Made by a program: the position numbers and the translations under genes
Assembly: GCA_964657315.1 (NCBI GenBank)
Contig: CAZZUZ010000001.1
Coordinates: forward strand, 1 to 55,762
Source: Vulcanimicrobiota bacterium
GTDB lineage: Bacteria; Vulcanimicrobiota; Vulcanimicrobiia; Vulcanimicrobiales; Vulcanimicrobiaceae
DNA: 55,762 bases
Direction of reading: 5' to 3'
In this document: in pieces, positions 35,776 through 41,908 of the stretch
Layout: each line of letters starts with the position of its first letter
How positions within the stretch are numbered: the first letter of the stretch is position 1
The notes under the pieces: model-generated
Database searches by the model: none
What the model saw: only the letters and a program-made list of their open reading frames with translations
What the model was told of the DNA's origin: nothing

Positions 35776-36110
35776 CATGGCATTTCTTTGAACGTGACTT
35801 CCCAATAAGGTCCGGTGGGATCGTTCAGATCAAGCACGTTCCAGACACGTCTTAGCTCACTTAACTTAAATCCATAGTCTAGACACACACTTACAGCGCG
35901 CCATCCGGCACTCGGATTACCGCAAAAACGAATGGTGGGCTCGGGGAAAGAATGCCCAGGGCCGCCTTCGCACGATTCAAACGCCTCAACGCCGTTTTCA
36001 ATGAACATTTGAACAGCGCGCCTTATCCCTGAATCTAGCCTTGCTAAATGCTCGGAATCAATCACCGGAGTTCTAACATTATCCGGTCGCTCAACCCTTG
36101 GCTCAGTCAT
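35772..36110 (-). CDS. hypothetical 112-aa protein
   Basis: ORF track entry. Its stop overlaps the convergent small ORF stop within CTAG. Confidence 0.45.
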   Translation of the reverse strand: MTEPRVERPDNVRTPVIDSEHLARLDSGIRRAVQMFIENGVEAFESCEGGPGHSFPEPTIRFCGNPSAGWRAVSVCLDYGFKLSELRRVWNVLDLNDPTGPYWEVTFKEMPC

Positions 36111-36158
36111 GCGGCCAACTTTGAGTAAGTCGATTCGGTTATTAAGGCCTTGGCTATG

Positions 36159-36305
36159 CTATGCTTCCTTAACTTGTTTTCGCGGCGTGTTCCAATACGG
36201 CGATTTACACTTAGGGCATACCTTCGGGTCCTGATCCTTGTCGCGCGGCAACCATTCGTGCTCGCACCGATCGCAGCGGTATCCCGCCAGCTTAACCTTC
36301 GCCAC
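36159..36305 (-). CDS. 48-aa zinc-ribbon protein
   Basis: GTG start. VAKVKLAGYRCDRCEHEWLPRDKDQDPKVCPKCKSPYWNTPRKQVKEA, with two CxxC pairs. Below the ORF-track cutoff. Confidence 0.5.
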   Translation of the reverse strand: MAKVKLAGYRCDRCEHEWLPRDKDQDPKVCPKCKSPYWNTPRKQVKEA

Positions 36306-36344
36306 GCCAACAGACTATACCCAATAGTATCTTCCGTCAAGGTA

Positions 36345-36373
36345 TTGACTCCGTATGTACCCTTTGGTAATAT
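36345..36373 (+). promoter_or_regulatory. putative promoter giving a near-leaderless transposase mRNA
   Basis: TTGACT, 17-nt spacer, TAATAT, ending 6 nt before the ATG at 36380. No Shine-Dalgarno sequence. Confidence 0.35.
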
Positions 36374-36379
36374 ACTGCT

Positions 36380-37597
36380 ATGGAAGCGCGAGAGGAACGC
36401 GGCATCGTCATCGCCGCCACGAAGAAGCTCAACCGTAAGGGCGACCTGTGGATCGTCCCGTCGCAAAACGCGGGCGGTAGCTACGTTGTGGAGGCCGGCG
36501 AAAAGCCGTCTTGTACGTGTCCCGACCACGAAACGCACGGCGGTAAGTGTAAGCACGTCTTTGCGGTCGAATATACGATTCTGCGCGAGACAAACGGCAA
36601 GGGCGAGACGACGGTGACGGAATCCGTCAAGGTCACGTACTCGCAATCGTGGAGCGCTTATAACAGCGCTCAGGTAAACGAGAAAGAGCGCGTTGCTATG
36701 TTGCTCCACGATCTCTGCGCCGCTATCGACAACCCGGCTCAGGGTCGTGGTCGCCCGCGTCTGCCGATCTCGGACATGGTGTTCTGCGCGGCGATGAAGG
36801 TGTACGGCGGAGCATCGGGTCGCCGGACGATGACCGACCTTCGAGACTTCGAGGCCAAGGGCTACATCGACCGCGCGCCCCATTACAATTCGATTTTCAA
36901 CGTGTTCGAGAACCCGATTCTGACGCCCATTCTCCACGCGATGATTGCGGAAAGCGCCAAGCCGCTCCAAGCCATCGAAACTGACTTCGCAGTCGATTCG
37001 TCGGGGTTCTCCACGTCCGAGTACCGCCGCTGGTACAGCGCCAAGTACGGGCGTGAAATGACGATGGCGAAGTGGTTCAAAGCGCACGTCATGGTTGGAA
37101 CGCGAACCAACATCGTGACGGCCGTCGAAGTGACGGACGCCTTCACACATGACATTCATATGTTCAAGCCCGTGTTCCAAAAGACGGCTAAATGCTTCAA
37201 CGTAGAGCGCGTCTCGGCTGACAAGGCGTATAGTTCGTCACGAATCTTCGCCCTCGCCGATGCCGCTGGAAGCACCGCTTATGTTCCTTTTAAGAAGAAC
37301 GCGACCGGAGCGAATCCCAACCGTTTTTATCCCGAGAGCACCCGCGCTCTCTGGACGAAAATGTTTGGTCTGTTCATGTATCGCCGTGAGGAATTCTTGG
37401 CGCACTACCATAAGCGGTCGAATGTCGAAACGACGTTCGCCATGATCAAGGCCAAATTTGGATCGCGCATCCGTTCCAAAACGGAAGTCGCTCAGGTGAA
37501 TGAGGTTCTTTGTAAAATCCTTTGCCATAATCTTTGCTGCCTCGTTAGCGCGTTTTACGAACTAGGAATTGAGTCATCGTTTTGGAATGCAGCTTAA
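36380..37597 (+). CDS. IS4/IS5-superfamily DDE transposase with N-terminal SWIM zinc finger
   Basis: CTCPDHETHGGKCKH (SWIM). DSSGF, SADKAY and HYHKRSNVETTFAMIKAKF (Y-2-R-3-E-6-K) motifs. Confidence 0.8.
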   Translation: MEAREERGIVIAATKKLNRKGDLWIVPSQNAGGSYVVEAGEKPSCTCPDHETHGGKCKHVFAVEYTILRETNGKGETTVTESVKVTYSQSWSAYNSAQVNEKERVAMLLHDLCAAIDNPAQGRGRPRLPISDMVFCAAMKVYGGASGRRTMTDLRDFEAKGYIDRAPHYNSIFNVFENPILTPILHAMIAESAKPLQAIETDFAVDSSGFSTSEYRRWYSAKYGREMTMAKWFKAHVMVGTRTNIVTAVEVTDAFTHDIHMFKPVFQKTAKCFNVERVSADKAYSSSRIFALADAAGSTAYVPFKKNATGANPNRFYPESTRALWTKMFGLFMYRREEFLAHYHKRSNVETTFAMIKAKFGSRIRSKTEVAQVNEVLCKILCHNLCCLVSAFYELGIESSFWNAA

Positions 37598-38646
37598 CGC
37601 CTTTTTTGATTAAAAAACCGAGTAGTACCAGCTTCCTCGATTGTGTGCTCAACTTGAGCGGTGCGTTCCCATTCAACTTCGGCCTCATTCCAATTTTCAA
37701 AAGAACCAGTCGGATTTTGAGCAAGCTTTAATTCGGCACTTGAAACGTCATGTTTTACAATGTTTCCACGAATTGCATTGCCTTCTGAATCAAGTACTGT
37801 TAATCGCTTAGGGGCATGGTGAGCGGCGTCATTGTTCGATGGATAATCAAAAAGAACCCAACCAGACACCACCGCATGAGCTTTAATTGGGTTTTGAGTA
37901 TTAAATTCAAAATCGTCCGATTTTGAACAGATTTGTAAAGTTCCAAGAGTTGAGATCCCATACGCAATCAATCTATTCAATGAAGAGACGTGGATTCTCG
38001 TCAATGGAACCCAATGAAAAGGTGATGCGCGATATTCTAAAAAAACTTCGCGAAACTGTACCGGATAGTTGTAATGATTAACAATGCTTATATAGACCGC
38101 ATCATTCGATGGTACGAGATGCTTAAATCCGTAAACGTTGATATATGCAGCGTAAAAGCCATTCGGGCGATCAAAAGTAACCGAAGTTCGACTAAGTGGA
38201 TTAATCTCCGCTGCTCCAGGCGAAAGCGCCGTGGCTGCTTGAGGATTAGCCAAGAAGAACAGCCACGCTCCAAAGACTGGTACGATAATCGACACAACAC
38301 TTGTCATTACCATGCTAATTATACGGCGTTGATCTTGAGCGGAACGGCCCGGCTGCCCTTTGTATATCTCATAACTCCGCGAACTCTTATTAAACTCGCT
38401 TGTCCTGAATTGTTCGGTAATAATGATCAGCAATAATGCAAAAACAGTTATCACGAACCATACTCCGATGCCCCACTTAGGGAGAATACGCCACAAATGG
38501 AAGTCGGCAAAGCGTGGGCCGAGGAATTCATCTCGAATAATTACAAGCGTATCAACAATTGAAAAAACAAGCCCGACCACTTTAGCTGGCCAGCCCTTGA
38601 ATGCCGTCACAAGAAAGTGATAAAAGCCACCGATTGCTCGAAACAT
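37594..38646 (-). CDS. AT-rich multi-pass membrane protein with soluble C-terminal domain
   Basis: 350 aa with about 4 hydrophobic helices in the N-terminal half. Its stop overlaps the transposase stop by 4 nt. Confidence 0.55.
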   Translation of the reverse strand: MFRAIGGFYHFLVTAFKGWPAKVVGLVFSIVDTLVIIRDEFLGPRFADFHLWRILPKWGIGVWFVITVFALLLIIITEQFRTSEFNKSSRSYEIYKGQPGRSAQDQRRIISMVMTSVVSIIVPVFGAWLFFLANPQAATALSPGAAEINPLSRTSVTFDRPNGFYAAYINVYGFKHLVPSNDAVYISIVNHYNYPVQFREVFLEYRASPFHWVPLTRIHVSSLNRLIAYGISTLGTLQICSKSDDFEFNTQNPIKAHAVVSGWVLFDYPSNNDAAHHAPKRLTVLDSEGNAIRGNIVKHDVSSAELKLAQNPTGSFENWNEAEVEWERTAQVEHTIEEAGTTRFFNQKRR

Positions 38647-38707
38647 ACCCGCAGTTTCGACGCAAGCACCCAGAGTATTTTTGAACCGCTATTTGAAAAC
38701 ACGGCAC

Positions 38708-38739
38708 CTGCCCAAAAAAAGCGGTAACTGCCCAAATAA
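38708..38739 (+). repeat. two CTGCCCAAA motifs spaced 20 bp (right end)
   Basis: CTGCCCAAAAAAAGCGGTAA CTGCCCAAATAA, in the same orientation as the left-end copies. Confidence 0.6.
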
Positions 38740-39699
38740 TCATCCTAAGTGACCATTTAATGGGCAAAGCCCTTGCAATGATTGCATTTGTGCAAGCAAA
38801 GATGATTCCGACACGATCGTTGTGCCACGAATGCAGGTTTCGTAAGCCGACTCTCTTACAGGTACCGCACTGCAAACATACGACTGAACACTATTTGCAT
38901 TACGATGCCTGGTAATCTCGGCTATTTGCGTGAACGGCACATGCGATTGAGCGGCCGAGGTCACAAAACCGTATCGCAGTGAATGGCCCGAGAAGTCTCC
39001 TTCAAGTCGCGCACGGCGTGCGAGCCGCTGAATGAGATTCGCGACGTCGCGGCCGGTGATCCGGCGGTCCGTAACGCGCCGCTGAGGGGTCAGGGAGCGG
39101 AAGAGCGGGCCGGACGTGATCGAAGCCGCGTCGAGGTACGCGCGCAGCGCCCTAACGGCGCAGAACGCCTCGTTGGGGACGAGCGGGACGGCGATGTCGG
39201 CGCCTACGCCTTCCTGGTCCGTCTTCGAGCGCCGGATCGTCACGAGCAGGCCGCGCTTTGAGAAGCGGAGATCCTCGACGTTCAGGGCCGCGAGCTCGGA
39301 GCGCCTCAGCGCGCAGGCGAAGCCGAGAAGAAGAAGCGCCCGGTCGCGCTTGGCCGCCAGATCATCGCCGCGGACGGCGAGGAGCAGCTTGCTGACGATA
39401 TCGAGGGTGGCGGCGTCGACGCGGCGGGTGGCCGTCCCGTAGTCGTTCGCGATCCCGCGGACGACCTCACGGACGATGCGGTGCGAACCGGGCGAATCGA
39501 GCCCCGCGCGCCGATGGTCGACGGCGATCGCGGCCAGACGCCGGCGGATCGTCCCCACGCGATGCGTCGGCGCGAGGAATGAGACGTACAGGGCGACCGT
39601 CTGCGCGCTCGCTGGCAGCATCTTGAGGCCACGGCTGAGGCAGAACGCCTCGAAGCATCGCAGGTCGCTCGCGTAGCCCTTGCGCGTGCTCGCTGTCAT
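38740..39699 (-). CDS. tyrosine recombinase/integrase 2 (paralogue of integrase 1, divergent AT-rich 3' end)
   Basis: ...RRSELAALNVEDLRF...RRSKTDQE...HSLRYGFVT...RHRNANSVQSYV. The C-terminal ~45 aa are unrelated to integrase 1 and run into the cassette repeat. Confidence 0.8.
   Translation of the reverse strand: MTASTRKGYASDLRCFEAFCLSRGLKMLPASAQTVALYVSFLAPTHRVGTIRRRLAAIAVDHRRAGLDSPGSHRIVREVVRGIANDYGTATRRVDAATLDIVSKLLLAVRGDDLAAKRDRALLLLGFACALRRSELAALNVEDLRFSKRGLLVTIRRSKTDQEGVGADIAVPLVPNEAFCAVRALRAYLDAASITSGPLFRSLTPQRRVTDRRITGRDVANLIQRLARRARLEGDFSGHSLRYGFVTSAAQSHVPFTQIAEITRHRNANSVQSYVCSAVPVRESAYETCIRGTTIVSESSLLAQMQSLQGLCPLNGHLG
38756..38778. repeat. right terminal repeat with ATGGGC-AAA-GCCC palindrome
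   Basis: Inverted copy of 35448..35470. Lies inside the last codons of integrase 2. Confidence 0.6.
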
Positions 39700-39884
39700 T
39701 CGCCGAACCCCGCGTCCGCGATCGGCGTCGTCCTAAACCCGAGCGTCTTCGCCTCGGCCGCGCAAACGTCGCAAAATCCGATCGTCCGTTCCTCGTCGAG
39801 GTGGACGATGTGCGTCGCCTTATGCTGACCGTACGGGCACGCACCGAAGCGCTCGCAGGTCGTGATCTTCGTCGTCATGTGCAT
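39696..39884 (-). CDS. 62-aa Cys-rich protein
   Basis: ORF track entry. ATGA overlap with the integrase 2 start. Confidence 0.5.
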   Translation of the reverse strand: MHMTTKITTCERFGACPYGQHKATHIVHLDEERTIGFCDVCAAEAKTLGFRTTPIADAGFGE

Positions 39885-40333
39885 GAGGATGAGGACTTCT
39901 CATGCGGTTCCGCTAGCCAATACGCTAACGCATACGTAGGAAACCATTTTTCAACGGCTTGCCAATTCGTACCGCTCACTTGCGGCACATTAAGTTGACG
40001 ATCATCATAAGGACCATATACGAAGAAGCGCGGTGAATCCTCAAGATCGTACCGAGCTATAGCATCAGCTTTTTGTTTGCGATTCAGATTCTTGGATTTG
40101 AAGACTCGCGATTGAAAATCTGCACGCGCCTCAGCTCTATATTTCATTTGACATGCGGTCGTTGCGACTTCACTGACATTGCCACCGGCGGCATTGCCGT
40201 CACTCCATGATCCCGTTGCGGCTCCAACCAGCGATATGATCCCAAGCAGAGCGCATACCAGCAGAGTAACCCCAGTAGCGCCAACAAAAAATGCCCCTAA
40301 GCCAGTATCGCAAAAGGATCGCACTTTTCTCAT
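39875..40333 (-). CDS. AT-rich 152-aa N-terminally anchored/secreted protein
   Basis: Start set at ATG 40333 (ATGA overlap). MRKVRSFCDTGLGAFFVGATGVTLLVCALLGIISLVGA.... Confidence 0.5.
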   Translation of the reverse strand: MRKVRSFCDTGLGAFFVGATGVTLLVCALLGIISLVGAATGSWSDGNAAGGNVSEVATTACQMKYRAEARADFQSRVFKSKNLNRKQKADAIARYDLEDSPRFFVYGPYDDRQLNVPQVSGTNWQAVEKWFPTYALAYWLAEPHEKSSSSCT

Positions 40334-40605
40334 GCGGTCGCGACCGTGATGTGCGAATAGCAGTCCGCGCAATGGTATTGAGTAAAACCGGGGTTCGGCG
40401 AGTTCTGATGATCCGGTTTCGTAATGCGAACGGCTCCGCATGCATTACGAAACACATGCGCCGCGCACCGCGCCCCGTGCTCCGAGCATCGCTTCTTAGT
40501 AAACGTCCCGCAGGGCTCGCCCTTGCGCTTGCCGCGGCTCGAAACGAACGTGCAGGGCTCGGCAAGAACTTTCGGAGCACTCGGACCGCGCGTTGGCGCG
40601 CTCAT
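40330..40605 (-). CDS. 91-aa Cys-rich protein
   Basis: ORF track entry with ATGA overlaps at both ends and 9 Cys residues. Confidence 0.5.
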   Translation of the reverse strand: MSAPTRGPSAPKVLAEPCTFVSSRGKRKGEPCGTFTKKRCSEHGARCAAHVFRNACGAVRITKPDHQNSPNPGFTQYHCADCYSHITVATA

Positions 40606-40934
40606 CGCGCCGTCCCATCGACGATCCGTCCATATCGCACGACCATGCCGCGCATGACGCGCTGCCGCGCGCTCTCGGCGCGATCAATCTCCGCTCGCGT
40701 GTCGTCGCTCAGACTCGCGATCTCGGCCGAAGTCATCGGCGACGCCCACCCACTCGCGTCGTATTGCGATACACGCCCACATCCGAGGCAGATCGCGACG
40801 TCGCCCTCTTGCGGAGAACCGCCCGCGAACGTGTCTGGATCGACGGCGCTCTCCGCGTCTGTCACGTAGCCACAGACGACGCACGTTCGCGGCTGAACGC
40901 TTACGGTGGCCGCAGAGTCGGTCGTCGCGCTCAT
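40602..40934 (-). CDS. 110-aa zinc-ribbon protein
   Basis: Start at ATG 40934 (ATGA overlap). CVVCGY...CLGCGR. Confidence 0.5.
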   Translation of the reverse strand: MSATTDSAATVSVQPRTCVVCGYVTDAESAVDPDTFAGGSPQEGDVAICLGCGRVSQYDASGWASPMTSAEIASLSDDTRAEIDRAESARQRVMRGMVVRYGRIVDGTAR

Positions 40935-41272
40935 CGTTTCGGCCCCGCGATCGACCGGCCGCCGTACATGCTGCCCATCGGCGAATCGGTCGCCGGATCG
41001 AAGATCCGCACCGGCTCCTCCCACGCAGCCTTCAAACGGCGCACGACTTCCTCGGTGACCTTGCCCGAAGCCTGAACCTCGACGACGAGCGCAACCTCGG
41101 GATCGGGCACGCCATCACGCCGGTCGAGGAGCCGGTCGAACCCACTCCGCTTTGACGAGCCCGCCGGATCCGCCGCCTGCGCGCGCTTCAGTCGCCGAAC
41201 CTGCCGAAGCGTCGCGATCTGCAGCGCGATGACGACGAACGCAAGAACCGCGTTGACGATCTGCATATCCAT
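40931..41272 (-). CDS. 113-aa N-terminally anchored membrane protein
   Basis: Start at ATG 41272. MDMQIVNAVLAFVVIALQIATL.... Confidence 0.5.
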   Translation of the reverse strand: MDMQIVNAVLAFVVIALQIATLRQVRRLKRAQAADPAGSSKRSGFDRLLDRRDGVPDPEVALVVEVQASGKVTEEVVRRLKAAWEEPVRIFDPATDSPMGSMYGGRSIAGPKR

Positions 41273-41529
41273 CACGCCGCCTGCACCCGAAGCGCGCCGT
41301 CGGTCGTGGTCACAGCCCGCGCGCCTTGACACCGCTTCTGCGGATCGAACCCCGACACGTGGGCCGAGAGCGGGGACCGGCACTTTGCGCACGGTCGATG
41401 GTCCGCTTCCAGCATCACTATCGCGCACACGATCGCTTCCGCCTGGGTCCGGTGATCGCACCTGACCGACGCCCTGCCGCCGAGGCGACGCGAGACCTTG
41501 ACGTGGACGACGCCGAACGTGGTCATCAT
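41272..41529 (-). CDS. 85-aa Cys-rich protein, first gene of the integrase 2 operon
   Basis: Tandem ATGs at 41529 and 41526 (MMTTFG...). Its stop shares a base with the next start. The longer ORF to 41856 runs through tRNA sequence. Confidence 0.4.
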   Translation of the reverse strand: MMTTFGVVHVKVSRRLGGRASVRCDHRTQAEAIVCAIVMLEADHRPCAKCRSPLSAHVSGFDPQKRCQGARAVTTTDGALRVQAA

Positions 41530-41701
41530 GGGGCGGTACCGTTCGCCGCGGTCGCCCCTCAGCATCATACTGTAACAGGCAATCTTTTTACGCCAATGCG
41601 CGCGGTGACCGAACGGTGGCCGTCGGCCGCCCAACCGGACCCAAAACGTAGTCGTCGTAGTGGGCTCTACGAGGGAATTAACGTCACGGCCTAGGTTTTG
41701 T

Positions 41702-41759
41702 GAGGGCAGGCGCGGTAGGATGGTGTGAGCCGCGCGGGTTCGATTCCCGCCGCCCGCTC
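41702..41759 (+). pseudogene. tRNA-like fragment (T-arm plus acceptor 3' strand, truncated body)
   Basis: GCGGG-TTCGATT-CCCGC T-arm followed by CGCCCGC-T. An imperfect 5' acceptor partner GCAGGCG lies only 21 nt upstream, and no D or anticodon arms are present. Confidence 0.35.
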
Positions 41760-41780
41760 GCCGAAAACTGTAGGAATCGC

Positions 41781-41855
41781 GCCCTTGTAGCTCAGCGGTA
41801 GAGCACGTCATTGGTAATGACGAGGCCACGGGTTCAATCCCCGTCGAGGGCTCCA
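41781..41855 (+). tRNA. tRNA-Thr (anticodon GGT), CCA encoded
   Basis: Manual cloverleaf: acceptor GCCCTTG/CGAGGGC, D stem GCTC/GAGC, anticodon stem CGTCA/TGACG with loop TTGGTAA, T stem ACGGG/CCCGT with loop TTCAATC. Confidence 0.9.
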
Positions 41856-41908
41856 CTCTTCGTTTTGCACCCCGAAGGCGCTTCGTTGCGGGCGCCGTAG
41901 TCGTCGGG

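Larger units (their letters stand above)
35448..38778. mobile_element. AT-rich ~3.3 kb cassette bounded by palindrome-containing inverted repeats and tandem CTGCCCAAA motifs
   Basis: TTGCAATGGGCTTTGCCCATTTA (35448..35470) matches the reverse complement of 38756..38778 (TTGCAAGGGCTTTGCCCATTAAA). Carries a DDE transposase and four other genes. Confidence 0.45.
300..41770. mobile_element. integrated contractile-tailed prophage plus adjoining accessory/island DNA (limits approximate)
   Basis: Contiguous minus-strand terminase-portal-protease-capsid-connector-sheath-tube-chaperone-tape measure-baseplate-fibre module, two tyrosine recombinases and AT-rich inserts. Left limit guessed from the terminator at 315..341 and the flanking gene start at 299; right limit from the tRNA-like fragment and tRNA-Thr. 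No att repeat found. Confidence 0.7.

Noticed and set aside
35515-35805. 96-aa minus-strand ORF
   Set aside because: It has no RBS and an odd composition. The opposite strand holds a 54-aa ORF with a strong Shine-Dalgarno sequence and a familiar small-protein motif.
36107-37180. 357-aa minus-strand ORF
   Set aside because: It is antisense to the DDE transposase, which has clear SWIM and DDE/YREK motifs. Its 3' end merely reads through the real 48-aa zinc-ribbon region in another frame.
36300-37660. Search for classical terminal inverted repeats immediately flanking the transposase gene
   Set aside because: I found no convincing inverted repeat between 36300..36380 and 37597..37680, and the convergent membrane-protein gene overlaps the transposase stop. 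Hence the transposase is not called as a standalone IS.
300-41780. Direct repeats marking attL/attR
   Set aside because: I compared 300..420 and 797..816 with 41530..41780 by eye. Only short, low-complexity resemblances appeared (cgaaaaaact against cgaaaactgt), which is not enough to call a core site.
41530-41856. N-terminal two thirds of ORF 41272..41856
   Set aside because: It translates the antisense of tRNA-Thr and the tRNA-like fragment (the GIEPV... and GGNRTRA... signatures). Only the distal 85 codons were kept.
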